From Felis catus (taxonomy: Eukaryota), in contig NC_058368.1 in NCBI RefSeq assembly GCF_018350175.1, positions 100,752,001-100,816,000 on the forward strand: DNA of 64,000 bases. Reading direction: 5' to 3'. Every line of letters starts with the position of its first letter. The first letter of the stretch is position 1. Shown here piece after piece: positions 1 through 12,706 of the stretch. The notes beneath the pieces are model-generated. The model ran no database searches, was not told the DNA's origin, and saw only the letters and a program-made list of their open reading frames with translations. The position numbers and the translations under genes are program-made.

Positions 1-250
1 AAAGTATATAATTTAGTGGCTTTCGTTTTTCATAGAGTTGTGCAATCATTATCACAATCAATATTTAAACATTTGCATCACCTCCATAGCCCCCACGTTC
101 CTTAATCAAGTGACTCTTATAAATCAAATAAGTTAAATATATAATAAGATGAATCTTAAATTCTCTTAATTGTTCTAATTGTACTCTTTACAAACTTAGT
201 AAGATTTCACCTAAAATCGCAAATATAAAACACTTATTCAATTATTCACT

Positions 251-474
251 TTTATTTATTTATTTATTTGTTTGTTTGTTTTTTGAGAGAGAAAGAGTGA
301 GAGTGAATACAAGTGGGGGACAGGCAGACAGAGAGGGAGAATTGAATCTTAACCAGGCTCAGCTCTGTCAGCACAGAGCCTGACAACGGGACTCAATCTC
401 ACAACCCTGGGATCATGACCTGAGCCAAAACCAAGAGTCAGCCGCTTAACCGACTGAGCCAACCAGGCACCCCC
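251..474 (-). mobile_element. Can-SINE (SINEC)
   Basis: tRNA-derived head GGGGTGCCTGG on - strand, (CT)n and A-rich tail. Confidence 0.9.
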
Positions 475-2767
475 ACTCATTCACTTTGGATTGGAACTAT
501 GGGGTCCTCCTAACAGGCCAAATTATCTAAAACATTACAAATTTCTAAATATAGATTAATCCTTAACAAAAAATGTTTTAATGATAGGGATTATCTACTT
601 CATTATTTCTACATTTAATTCTAAATCATCCCACGGGTAAACATACACCTGCCCACTCAAGCAACACTGTGGTGCAAATAAACATCCTTTGGGATTTGCT
701 TTCTAGAGCAAAGTTGAGAAAATATGTTTCCATCCAGATGCAGTTGCATATCATCAAGAGTTGATCAGCAAGTCTAGAATCAGAGATACCCAGGAAAAAC
801 TCTTCTCATAACCATGGGTGACAAGCTAAGCCTGCTTTTATGGGCACTATAACAAGAAAATTGGCTGTTGGTGCCTCAGTGGCAGCTAAAGGGGGAGTTT
901 GGAATAACCTAGAAGAGAGAGGGGCCCAAACATTATGGTGGCAGGCAGAGGCTGGAGAGAAAGCTGTAGAAGAGATTTTATGTGAGGAAGGTAGCTGAGG
1001 AATTTGAGGACAGGAATGTCTAACATACTAAGCTGTAATTACCTTCTCTTATCTCCCAGCCTTCAGCAGAGGTCTGGTAGTCAGCCTCCTATTTGAAGCC
1101 CAGAAGTAGGACGAGTGGGATGGCCAAGAGTAGTGCAAGGAACATCGCGGCTCTCAAGGAGCAGACAGCGATGGGAGAAAATGCAGAAGCAGCCTGGGTG
1201 CTTCTCCCCAAGGCGGTCTTCTTAAAACGGCTCTGGGCTGCAGTGATGAGGGGCTTGGGCCATGTTATTTGGCTATTAAAGGAAAAGGTGACCCCAGAAG
1301 GACAGAAGGCTAGGAAGCTCAGGCAGCAGAGGCTTGCGTTAAAGGAGGACGTAGCCACCTGCTTTTTAAAGAAACTTCTACTCCAGAGAAGAAATGATGG
1401 GGTTATTTCCTACATTGCTCCTGAGAAGACCAAGTCATAGTGTATTTCATTTTGCTGAGTTACAGAATTTGACAGTTACATTCAGCTACTCAGCACCTCA
1501 GCAGCCAGAGAAGGCTTCCCAGATCCCCTTTTTCAACCAATGCTGATGAAAGAAGGTATCGTATCAGCCTTTCCTGTCATGAGGGAGGAAATGAATCATG
1601 TGACCGCTCTGGCACTTAAGACCTCTTGATTTGTGCCAGGAACTCCAAGGAATTTTGAATTTTGGTCAAAGTAAGCAGAATGTTTCGCTAATGTTTCCAT
1701 CAGGGTTGTTTGTTTATCTTCATAGCCCTCTGATATCACTTAACGATTTAAAAATAGTATTTTATGTGCAACTATGATTATGTGTCCCCAAACAACTGAT
1801 CTCTTTCAAGTGGCTACTTGGCCGTCACAAAGACACAAAATTTGGGCTTCGGTTCCCGCTTTCCATAATGATGGCGTAGCCCTTTGTATCGAAGTCAGGC
1901 CTTCTGGGTTTGGATCTTCGGGCCCCTAGGTGTACCCAGACAGTTTTGAGAAGTGCTATTAATATCCTACCTTTTATTTTCAACTTTGCCCAGGCGCGTT
2001 ACTAGTCAAGGGAATACGTAAGAGAAAAAGTGGGCGCTGCTTCATGCCGCTGCACCCCGGCTGCTGGGAGCTCTTTGATTCCAACCACCATGGCCTGTCC
2101 TGGCCGGCCGGCCCTGGCACGTTGTCCGCACTCAGAAAGAGAAGTCAGCGCACGCTTTGGTAAGAGAAGTTGAAAAAATGTGAGTGGCAGTTAGGAACTG
2201 TTCCATTTTAACCTCAGTGAACACTTGAATTTACCACAGACTTCAACTTCGGTGCCATTTTACAGCTCGCCATGGGAGGGGGGGGAGGGGGTTGGGGATT
2301 GTTCTTACTGACAGCCTTCACAGCCCCTCCCACTGAATATGTTGCTTCCCTGCTGCTTTGGGGACAGGAGATGTGGGCAGACACTGACATGAAGGGGAAC
2401 CTGTTTTTCTGCTGAAGACAGAAGAAAGCACATGCAAGACTGAGCAGAGCTATAGTAATTAAGTTTGCTTTTTTTCTTTTGTCAACGTTCTCTGCACAGA
2501 CCCCTCTCATAGGAAAAAGCCTTTCCCCATGGAATGAGATAGTCTTCTGGGCCTCAGTATAGACCGTTTCAACTGCAAGGTGAAAATCTAGAACATGGCA
2601 CGCCTTACAAAGGAAGGAGTTTCATTTTGATATTGCGTCTCAACTGTCCTGTGAAATACGCCCAATTTTTTCCCAATATTATGGTAAGGTGAACCCCTTT
2701 CTACTTGAGAACATTTTTAGGTTTTATTTTTTTATCTTTCTGGAATCATGAAATGCATGTGAAATTA

Positions 2768-2960
2768 TTTTTTTTAATGTTTATTTTTGAAAGAGAGAGT
2801 GTGAGCAGGGGAGGAACAGAGAGAGAGGGAGAATCTGAAGCAGGCCCTAGGCTCTGAGCTGTCAGCACAGAGCCCAACGCAGGGCTCGAACCCACAAACT
2901 GCGAGATCATGACCTGAACCCAAGTCGGATGTGTAACCTACTGAGCCACCCAGTCAGCCC
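2768..2960 (-). mobile_element. Can-SINE (SINEC)
   Basis: SINE body with TSD CATGTGAAATTA (2756-2767, 2961-2972). Confidence 0.9.
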
Positions 2961-2987
2961 CATGTGAAATTAAGTGAGTGAATATGG

Positions 2988-3389
2988 TGTTACAGTTGCA
3001 TTGCATGCCCTCAAGAGTCCTATGTGGGAGTTCTAACCCCCGGTTCCTCAGAATGTGACCTTATTTGCTGATAGGGTCTTTACAGAGGTTAAGGCAAGCT
3101 CATGAAGGTAGGGCCTAAATCAGTATGACTGGTTTTCTTCTACTAAGGGGAGAGTCGGACACAGAGATACCCATACAGAGAGAATGCCATGTGAACATAA
3201 AGATGGCCAGCTACAAGTCAGGGAGAAAGGCCTGGAAGAGATTTTCCCTCAGAGCCACCAGAGAGAGCAAACCCTACCAAAACCTTGATTTGAGACTTCT
3301 AAGCCTCCAGAACAGAGACCATATATCTCTGTTGTTTGAGTTACCCAGTTTGTGGTACCTTGTCACAGCCACGCTAACAAACCAATACG
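2988..3389 (+). mobile_element. MaLR solo LTR (MLT1-type)
   Basis: TG start; 'cctcagaatgtgaccttattt', 'agcctccagaac' and 'tttgtggtacc..aaccaatac' match recalled MLT1 consensus. Confidence 0.8.
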
Positions 3390-3599
3390 TGTGGCAAAAC
3401 AATCACCTTTCCTCCACGTCCAGCCAAAAGAGGCCACAATTTGGGTTTCTGCTTCAGAATCACAAAGTCAAATGCCGCCAGAGCCAAAGCAGATAATCCA
3501 AAGCAGTGAATCTAGCAGAATGGACTACGGGGATTGTTAAATGAGACGGCGGCACAGGGCAAAGTAGACAGCATCCGGCTCTCAGCGGTTGTGACCATG

Positions 3600-3790
3600 C
3601 CAAAATACATGCCTAGCACTGCCAGATAATCCGGCTTTTTTAAGAGAAACCCAAACTGCAGATTTTTTTTTAAGTGTCAAAATCTCTCTATTTTCAAATA
3701 TTGACAACTAATTGAAGAAGATTTCAGGATCGTCCTGGCCAACACCACACAAGCCACATCACATTTGCAAGGATGCCCAGTTTCGCCTAC
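3600..3790. mobile_element. hAT-Charlie-type DNA transposon relic (MER103-like)
   Basis: 'gccagat..ttttaagagaa..ttttcaaatattgacaactaatt'; similar copy at 15120-15290. Confidence 0.55.
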
Positions 3791-4992
3791 CCCTTAGTGG
3801 TATTTTGAGGAGAGGTTACACAGGATGCTCTCAGAGCATAAGACGAGGGAGCCAAGGATTTCATTTCTCCAAAAACCTCATTTCCAAGCCTCCTTGAATG
3901 CAAGTTGGGACTGTGTAACTAGTTCTGACCAATGGAATGTGACCAACGGAAATGAAATCTGTCGCTGATATGCTGAAACTGGCAAATACCTGGATGCCCT
4001 CGGCTTATTGTCGTCCCCGTCCAGAACAACCTTGGAGGTACGTAGTGACCTTGCCAGTTTAAGAGGTCAGATTTTATCTGACAAGGGCAAGGACCTGGAG
4101 TGTGAAGAAAATTACAAGCTATTCACATGTGGGATACTTCTCCCTGAGGCAGACACTGAAAGAGAGAATGAGAAAAGAGACAGAGGGGGCAAGTTGCCTC
4201 ATATTAAGATAGGGAACCAGGGTGCATGGTTCCAACTTCCTCTTCTCAATCTTGCAGAACAGGAAAAACATGAGTTAGGGTCCAGTTCCCAGTTCCAACT
4301 GTGAATGGCACACAGTAAGCAACAAGTGGAAGGAAACATGTGTCTCTTTCTGGAGAACATCCACAAAGAGTTTAGTACCCTTTCCACATTTGTTCCTCCC
4401 CAAAGGACCACTCAGAAGCACACAGCATATATATTGACGGCTAAGGGGCCCATTTACCTCTTGCTCATTCCTTTTTCCCCACTAGAGACAGTGTGGGATG
4501 ATGACTTAGAAGTAAAACTTGCACTTCCTTTTTTAACTCCAAAATTATGCTATCACCATAATCATTACAAAATCCTAATCAGTCACAGTTGTACTTCTAA
4601 CATCTCACTAGTTATAGAACTTAACGAAGTAGGAACATTACTAGAAATGGAACATGCTTTCTGGATCCCTGCAAATGCCACAGAAAGGCTCTGCTCCTTC
4701 TTTGGTCTTACAACTTGACCTTTGGGCTCTTGCAAAATTTCCATTCTCACCTAGATATAAACCCCTGGGTCTTATGACTCTTAGATGAATACATATTACC
4801 TTACTTTTGCCTGCTTATCGAGAACCTTTTACTGCTTTCGTGAGTTTATGTCCAACATTGCCCTGTCTATTGCCCTTAAAGCCTTTGCTGACTATTCCCT
4901 CCCATCTCCCACCATCATTCTTCACCCAAAACCTCTCTGGACAAGCCCTATCTCATTAAGCTGATTCCTCAGCTTTTCCAACATTTTCATAC

Positions 4993-5624
4993 ATTTTTTT
5001 TAATTTTTATTTTTTTTTATAATTTACATCCAAGTTAGTTAGCATATAGCGCAACAATGATTTCAGGAGTGGATTCCTTAGTTCCCCTTACCCATTTAGC
5101 CCATCCCCCTTCCCACAACCCCTCCAGTAACCCTCAGTTTGTTCTCCATATTTATGAGTCTCTTATGTGTTGTACCCCTCCCTGTTTTTATATTATTTTT
5201 GTTTCCCTTCCCTTTTGTTCATCTGTTTTGTCTCTTAAAGTCCTCATATGAGTGAGGTCATATGACTTTTGTCTTTCTCTGACTGATTTCACTTAGCATC
5301 ATACCCTCCAGTTCCATCCACCTAGTTGTAAATGGCAAGGTTTCATTCTTTTTGATTGCCAAGTAATACTCCATTGTGTGTATTTACCACATCTTCTTTA
5401 TCCATTCATCCATTGATGGACATTTGGGCTCTTTCCATACTTTGGCTATTGTGGATAGTGTTGCTGTAAACATTCGGGTGCATGTGTCCCTTCAAAACAG
5501 CACACCTGTATCCCTTGGATAAATGCCTAGTAGTGCAATTGCTGGGTTGTAGGGTAGTTCTATTTTTAATTTTTTGAGGAACCTCCATCCTGTTTTCCAG
5601 AGTGGCTGCACCAGCTAGGATTCC
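4993..5624 (-). mobile_element. 5'-truncated carnivore L1 (ORF2 end plus 3' UTR)
   Basis: Poly-T tail at ~4995-5020; L1 3' sequence 'aaatggcaagg..tccattcatccattgatggacatttggg'; degenerate 14-bp TSD. Confidence 0.9.
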
Positions 5625-5685
5625 CAACATTTTTGTACTTTTATTTAAGGCTTTGCAATATTACGGATTTGATATTGTAAATTTC

Positions 5686-5812
5686 TTTTTTTTATAAGTT
5701 TATTTATTTTTTTAGTAATCTCTACACCCAACATGGGGCTCGAACTCACAACCCCGAGATGAATAATTGCATGCTCTTCCAACGGAGCCAGACTGAGCCA
5801 GCAAGGTGCCCC
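5686..5812 (-). mobile_element. Short Can-SINE
   Basis: tRNA-like head on - strand and T-rich tail. Confidence 0.8.
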
Positions 5813-6564
5813 TGTCAGTTTCTTGAGGATAATAAGAATACAGTGTATTTATTGGTTTATCCCAAGTACCTAGTGTACCTAGTAGACTTCTATATTTAAT
5901 TGATCACATCTATATCATTTTATTTATATGTAAGTATAATGATTTATTGTGATACTTGCCTTATTTCCACATTTCAAAAGTAAACCTTTTACTATGGGGA
6001 ATAAATAAGCTTATTTATAAGTTAAGGACTGGCATATACAAACACAGAAACTGGTTCTACCTTTCCATCCACGTCTGTTAGTTGGTGTTTGTTTTTTACT
6101 GTAACACGTGACAAACCTAATGGCATTAGAGAATTATATTGTTCAGACCTTTTAACCATGTGACAGTTTATCTCACATGTTTATACTTGAGAACTAGTAG
6201 CTGTAAAGTCAAATAAGCAAGGAAGGTTGATTGTTATCCACAGAAAGAATTCACCTAGGACACAGGATGTTGTAGAAACAGAAGGTGAGTACATTTTATT
6301 ATTGTAGACTTTCCTCACTCAGCTGGAAATTTCCTTTTGTCATTTAAACATTAACTTGAATAGACTCAATTTTGCCTAAATGTAAGCATTTTAATCTTCA
6401 TCTCTGATGCAACTCAAGAACATTGTATTCCATACATGCCTGTACTGTTCTCTATACTTCTGAATAGATTGCCTTGTCAAAGACAAACCATCATAACCCA
6501 ATGGCTTCTGTTGGTTCTCTGAACTTCACCGATCTGATATGTCTCATGTTTTTGCTCTTCTTCT

Positions 6565-6668
6565 TTTTTAAAAAAATTTTTTGAGTAATCTCTACCCCCC
6601 AATGTGGGGCTGACAAGGCCAAGATCAAGAGTGTTAGGCACTCCCAACTGAGCCAGGCTGGGGCCCCC
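6565..6668 (-). mobile_element. Short Can-SINE
   Basis: 'aactgagccaggctggggcccc' head on - strand. Confidence 0.75.
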
Positions 6669-7409
6669 GTTTTCACTCTTCTTCATACTTTTGAATTTCT
6701 AAATTTAAGCTACAGGGATTATTTCCTAATGGGTGGGCAATTTAGATACAGTCTCATTTGTCCTGGTAGTTTGGGAGTGGTTGCAGAGATCTCCAGGCAG
6801 GGGGGTAATCGGGAAGATAATGGTAGGGTAAGGAGTGGAGGATGTGATGTAAGATCAGAAAGGAGGTACACCTTCAGGGTTTTGCAGTGGGAATGCTGTA
6901 AAGTCACATGGAGCCCCGGAAGTGAGTGGAAAAATACACTACGGAGAAGAGGCATTTCAGAGCCCAGTCCCTAGGAAATGGCTGGCAAGAATAACACAGA
7001 AAGCTGGCTAGAAGGAGTTCAAGGTGAGTTTGCCCTTGGGGGAATGACAAAGGATGAACATGAGCCCCAGAGACTCAGGCATAAGGAGGTCAAGCCGTCC
7101 TCCCACCATCTCCCCAGTTGTACTTACAAGGCCTGACAACATGACTGCCAGCCAAGAATAGCACCGCCACTCTGCCCAGGGCTTCGAAACTCTACTGAGT
7201 AGACACCAAAGCAATTTTTGAAATTCCCTATTAGCAAGGAGAAATCTATTGCCTAATCACTTTTGTTTACTGAAGATGGATGAGGCAATCTGCAAATGAC
7301 AGGGTAATTAGAGAAAACAGCTAGGATAGAGTTAGAAGTAGGACAGAAAGCTGGCAGTTTTCATGTAAGTGCTTACCTCAGTAAAAAAGGTCCACTCAAG
7401 AAGACGCTT

Positions 7410-7598
7410 TTGCATCTTGGGTGGCTCTGTTGGTTACGCACCTGACCTCAGCTCACGTCATGATCTCATAGCTTCCTGAGTTCAAGCCCTGCTTTGGGCT
7501 CCACGCTGAAAGCACAGAACCTGCTTCAGATCCTGGGTCCCCGACTCTATCTGCCCCTCCCCTGCTTGCTCATGCTCTGTCTCAAAAAAAATAAAAAG
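7410..7598 (+). mobile_element. Can-SINE
   Basis: 'gggtggctc..gtcatgatctc..tctgcccctcccc..aaaaaaataaa'. Confidence 0.85.
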
Positions 7599-7637
7599 AC
7601 TTTAACACAAATTCATTAAAATTATCGAGTAATTTTT

Positions 7638-7836
7638 TTTAATTTTTTAAATATTTATTTTTTTTTGAGAGAGAGAGAGAGAAGTGGGGGAGGGGCAGAA
7701 AGAGAGGGAGACACAGAATCTGAAGCAGGCTCCAGGCTCTGAGCTGTCAGCACAGAGCCCAATGCAGGACTTGAACTCATAAACCATGAGATCATGACCT
7801 GAGCCAAAGTCGTGCCCTTAACCGACTGAGTCACCC
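7638..7836 (-). mobile_element. Can-SINE (tail-to-tail with the previous copy)
   Basis: SINE body; TSD-like AGTAATTTTT on both sides. Confidence 0.88.
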
Positions 7837-7837
7837 A

Positions 7838-8950
7838 GTAATTTTTTACTCCAGTATAACTGACATACAATATTTTATTAGTTTCAGGTGTATATCATAG
7901 TGATTTAATATTTTTATACATTACAATATGATCCTCATGATGAGTCTAGGTACTTACCATTTGTCACCATACAGTTATTACAGTATTATTTACTATATTC
8001 CCTATGCTGTACATTACATCCCTGTGACTTATTTATTTTATAACTAAAAATTAATGCTCTTAATCCCTTTCACCTATTTCACCTGCTCTCCTACTATTAC
8101 CCCCTCTGGAAACCAACAATTTGTTTCCTGTATCTGTAAGTCTGTTTTGCTTTATTTGTTCATTTGTTTTGTTTTTTAGATTCCACGTATAAGTGAAATC
8201 AGATGGTACCTGTCTTTCTGTGTCTGACCTGTTTTACTTGGCATAATCCCCTCTAAGTCTGTCCATGTTATTTCACAAATGGCAAGATCTCATCCTTTTG
8301 TAATGGCTGAGAAATACACCTGAGCATATAAACGCCACATCTTCTTAATCCGTTCATCTATCGACACTTAGGGTTGCTTCCATATCTTGGATATTGTGAG
8401 TAATGTTGCAGTTAACATGAGGGTGTATGTATCTTTTTGAATTGATGTTTTCAAGTAGAATTACTGGAATGTACAGTATTTCTGTTTTTAATTTTTTGAG
8501 GAATCTTCACCCTGTTTTCCATAGTGGCTGAAGCAATCTACATTCCCACCAATATTAACTTGTGTAAGTTCTTTACACACTGTGGGTATTAACCACTTGT
8601 CAGATGTATGAGACACAAAAATCTTGTCCAACTCAGGAAGTTGCATTTTCATATTGTTGATGGTTTCCTTGACTGAGCAAAAAACTTTTTATTTTGATGT
8701 AGTTCCAATTGTTTGTTTTAGTTTCTACTGTCTTTGTTGGAGGACACTGGTTCCAAAAAAATATTGTTCCGACTGATACCAAAGAGCTTTCTGCCTATGT
8801 TTTCTTATAGGAGTTTTATGGTTCCAGGTCTTACATTCACATTTTTATCTATTCTGAATTTATTTTTGTGTATGCTGTAAGAAAGTGGTCCAGTTTCATT
8901 CTTTTGCACATGGCTGTCTGGTTTTCCAAACACCATTTATTGAAAAGATT
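7838..8950 (-). mobile_element. L1 3' fragment (older L1M/L1_Carn type)
   Basis: L1 3' UTR and ORF2-end motifs on - strand. Confidence 0.85.
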
Positions 8951-8967
8951 TATTCCTCAGTGGGTGA

Positions 8968-8970
<3 letters not shown>

Positions 8971-9012
<42 letters not shown>

Positions 9013-9014
9013 TG
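8971..9014. repeat. (TG)16(CG)4 alternating purine-pyrimidine microsatellite
   Basis: Direct reading. Confidence 0.95.
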
Positions 9015-9029
9015 TTGGGGGAAGTCTAT

Positions 9030-9254
9030 ATTTTCTTTTTTTTTAATTATTCTTTTAGTGTTTATTAATTTTTGAGACAGAGAGAGAGTGTAAGTGGGGG
9101 AAGGGCAGAAAAAGAGAGAGGGAGACACAGAATCCAAAACAGGCTCCAGGCTCTGAGCTCTCAGCGCAGAGCCCAACAGGGGGCTCGAACTCACCAACCG
9201 CGAGATCATGACCTGAGCTGAAGTTGGAAGCTTAACTGAGCAACCCAGGCGCCC
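9030..9254 (-). mobile_element. Can-SINE
   Basis: Full SINE body on - strand. Confidence 0.88.
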
Positions 9255-9309
9255 TTAAATTTTCTAATTTGTTTGCACAGAGTTCAATTTTGTTTGTATA
9301 TTATATTTA

Positions 9310-9520
9310 TTTTTTTCTTTTTCTTTTTCTTTTTTTTAACTTTTTTTTAAGGGAGAGCATGACCGGGAGAGAGGGTTAGAGGGAGAACAAGAGAGAATCC
9401 CAAACAGGCTCCACGCTCAGCACATAGCCCAACACAGAGCTCGATCTCACAACTGTGAGATCATGACCTAAGCTGAAACCAAGACTCCAGTGCTTAATTG
9501 ACTGAGCCACCCAGGCGCCC
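9310..9520 (-). mobile_element. Can-SINE
   Basis: Full SINE body on - strand. Confidence 0.88.
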
Positions 9521-9761
9521 TTGTAGATTAAATTTTTTAAGTTATTATTTTCATGTAAATCTAGAAGAAAATGGTACAAGGAGAAAATGAGTAGTACAGA
9601 GAAGATATGTCATAAGATCCAGCACGTTTTCTAGACAGGGTCTGCCAATTCATCTCTGAGCTTTCTAGAAGAGTTTCAAAGAAAACTCATATAGTTACTG
9701 ATTCCTAATATCCATAAGATAGAAACAGCTCAGTTTGCCAGTGTAATTTAGTCCCATTTTT

Positions 9762-9972
9762 TAATGTTTATTTATTTATTTTTGAGAGCCAGAGAGAAAG
9801 AGAAAGCATGAGCTGGGGAGGGCCACAGAGAGGGAGAGAGAGAATCCCAAGCAGGGCTCCGTGCTGTCAGCGCAGAGTCCAATGCAGGGCTCTATCCCAT
9901 GAACCATGAGATCATGACCTGGGCTGAAATCTGGAGTCAGACACTTAACCGCCTGAGCTACCCAGGTGCCCC
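9762..9972 (-). mobile_element. Can-SINE
   Basis: TSD AGTCCCATTTTT (9750-9761, 9973-9984). Confidence 0.9.
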
Positions 9973-10212
9973 AGTCCCATTTTTCAAGCAGAGAAGCAGA
10001 AGCATTGATTGCCCCAAGTTCCATGGCTAACGTATGGAAGAAATGATCCCCTGCTATTCAGCATCCCAACACACTCCTCTCTTCATTACAAAGTGGTTGT
10101 TCAAAAGAAGATGAAGTGAGAACAGAAAACGTGCAGGGGGTGTCATTTGAGTATGACCAGAAGAGAGGGCACTATTTTAGCAATGTGGGGAAGAAATAGA
10201 AAAGGCATTCAA

Positions 10213-10430
10213 GGGGCGCCTGGGTGGCTCAATTGGTTGGCCGTTGGACTCTGGGTTTCGGCTCGTCGTGATCTCACGGTTTCATGGGTTCAAGCCCCAC
10301 ATCAGGCTCTTTGCTGACAGTGCAAGCCTGCCTGAGATTCTCTGTCTCCCAGTCTTTCTGCCCCTCCCCCACTCGTGCATGCTGTCTGTCAAAATCAATA
10401 AACGTTAAAAAAAAAAACAAAACAAAAGAA
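10213..10430 (+). mobile_element. Can-SINE
   Basis: TSD AGAAAAGGCATTCAA (10198-10212, 10431-10445). Confidence 0.9.
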
Positions 10431-10629
10431 AGAAAAGGCATTCAAAGCAGGAGCACACATGCAGCAGCCGAAAAGTAAGATCGGGGAAAAGAAGCTGTTT
10501 GTTGAGTGTTATGGTTCTGGGTGCCCAGCTTACGAGAAATGGAAACACTCTGTACCCATAGATTTAATACATTAAAATTTTAATTAAAAACTGGTTCTAA
10601 ATATTATTCACAAAAAAAAAAAAAACATT

Positions 10630-10765
10630 TTCATTGGTGATAATAATAGTTAGCAGTACCTACTTCATAGGATTTTTGTGAAGATGAACCAATATAACAT
10701 GTAAAATAATTAGCGGTTAGGGGGCACAAGTAAACACTCAGTACACATTAGTTGCTATTATTATT
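10630..10765 (+). mobile_element. MIR fragment
   Basis: 'taatagt..cctacttcataggatt..aaacactcagta..ttagttgctattattatt' resembles the MIR 3' end. Confidence 0.65.
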
Positions 10766-10851
10766 TTAATTATGATTAAGTCAATATAGTTCCTTCAAGG
10801 TATTATCTAAACACATTGCTTTAAGAACAAATTTTTAAAAACCAGTAAAGG

Positions 10852-10917
10852 TTTCTTTCTTCCTCCTTCCTTCTTCCTTTCTTCCTCCCCTCCTTCCTTC
10901 CTTCCCTCTCCTTAATT

Positions 10918-10963
<46 letters not shown>
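10852..10963. repeat. (TTCC)/(TTTC)n polypyrimidine microsatellite
   Basis: Direct reading. Confidence 0.95.
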
Positions 10964-10965
<2 letters not shown>

Positions 10966-11292
10966 ATCCTCCTGGAGGCAATGCCCTGGCCTTCATTATT
11001 TAAAGGAGACAGTAGCTGTCGAAATTTCAGTCTACACTCTGCAGGCTGGCAACAAAACAAGAAGCCAGTGAAGAGAGAGGCAAATCACTGAGAGTAGCTG
11101 TTTGCTCCCACTAAACGTAAACTCAGGTCTATATCCAGAGCCATAGGCTTTGAATGCTATCAAAGAGCACTTATTTGAATAACACAAAGGAATCCATTGG
11201 ATACATATGATGACAATAAACCAAATGATAAATAATCAAAGATCGGGAAGACCTATTACTACATATCAGCTGATTAAAAACCTAACTTTCCA

Positions 11293-11510
11293 GGGGTGCC
11301 TGGGTGGCTCAGTCGGTTCAGCATCTGACTTCAGCTCAGGTCACGATCTCATAGTTGGTGAGTTGGAGCCCCTTGTCGGGCTCTGTGCTGACAGCTCACA
11401 GCCTGGAGCCTGCTTCAGATTGTGTCTCCCTCTCTCTGCCCCTTCCCCACTCACACTCTGTCTCTCTCAAAAATAAATAAACATTTAAAGCTTTTTGTTA
11501 ATGAAAAAAA
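11293..11510 (+). mobile_element. Can-SINE
   Basis: Full body; TSD-like CTAACTTTC on both flanks. Confidence 0.9.
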
Positions 11511-11568
11511 AAAAAACTAACTTTCTAGTTCCAAAAGCAGAGCCAAAATGGGCTTTTTCTTTCAAGAT

Positions 11569-11727
11569 CAGTGGTTCTCAAAATGTGGTATTCCAATTTG
11601 GCCCCACCTCAGAGCATTTGAATCAGAAATACTGGGGAGGTGGGGGAGGGAGGAGGGTGGAGCCCAGCAGTCTGTTTGGTCAAGCCCTCCAGGGGACTCT
11701 GGTGCACACTCAAGTTTGAGAATAACT
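11569..11727 (+). mobile_element. MER5A-like hAT-Charlie element
   Basis: Termini CAGTGGTTCTCAAA ... GTTTGAGAATAACT; internal 'gaatcagaa..ccctccagg'. Confidence 0.75.
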
Positions 11728-11974
11728 ATTCTCCGTAAGTTGACTTTTACACAAAGACCTAGTCCCATGGAGAGTGAAAAAAGCCTTAACAAATTAACCG
11801 GCATCTTTCACGCTCTCATGACCAAGTGAGGGAGAAAGGAAAGGATGGTTAGCCAAAATATATCCAAGGGTCGGTTTCTCCAGCCACCATAGGTGAGTGG
11901 AGGAGATGGGTGGGGGAACATTCATACATGCATACATTACGTTCTCCTCCTCCCCTCCTCCTTCTCCTCCTCCT

Positions 11975-12376
11975 TTTGAGAGAGAGTGCACGAGCAGTGA
12001 AGGGGTTGAGGGAGAAGGAGAGAGAGAGAGAGAGAATCTTTTTTTTTAAGTTTACTTGTTATTTATTTTAAGAGAGAGAAAGACAGAGCATGAGAAGGGG
12101 ACGGGCAGAGAGAGGGAAAGAGAGAATCTCAAGCAGGCGGAGGAGCCCATAGGGGCTTGAATTCATGAACCGCCAGATCATGACCTGAGCCAAAATCAAG
12201 AGTCAGATGTTTCACCAGCTGAGCCACCCAGGCACCCCCTGATACAGAGAAATCTTCAGCAGACTCCAAGCACATCATGAAGCCGGATGCAGGGCTCAAT
12301 CTCATGATCCTGAGATCATGACCTAATCTGAAACCAAGAGTCAGAAGCCCACCCAACTGAGCCACCCAGGCACCCC
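11975..12376 (-). mobile_element. Nested Can-SINEs (inner copy ~12041-12239 inside an older copy)
   Basis: Outer SINE is split at 'gagagaatctt' and resumes at 'gagaaatcttcagcagactcc'. Confidence 0.85.
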
Positions 12377-12706
12377 TACTGGCCTTCTAACGTTATGTCA
12401 GAAGGAGAAATCATCTGCTTCCGAACCCACGTGTGTCTTCAAGTAACTGATTCTGCAGAAAGCAAAATCACAGAAAAAGGGGGACTAAAAGTCAATCACC
12501 CACTAACATTTTTAAAACACCATTGGTACCCAAACTTAAATGGGCTATATTTAATCTAGTTTTATCAGACTGTTTTATAACTAAAGGCTTCAAATACTTT
12601 GAGAATCTGGCACCAAAGACAGAAAGGCTCACTATAGTTGCTGTTTCCCTGGACCACCTTAGCCCCACAAAAATAGATAGACAACTGTAATAAAAGAAAA
12701 AAATGT

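Noticed and set aside
1089..1440. Overlapping 89-aa and 115-aa ORFs as a gene or processed pseudogene
   Set aside because: Non-ATG starts in the track, no recognisable protein similarity, no poly(A)/TSD or splice structure
4008..4718. Adjacent 98-aa and 137-aa ORFs resembling an operon
   Set aside because: No recognisable domain; lengths expected by chance; partly in LTR-derived sequence
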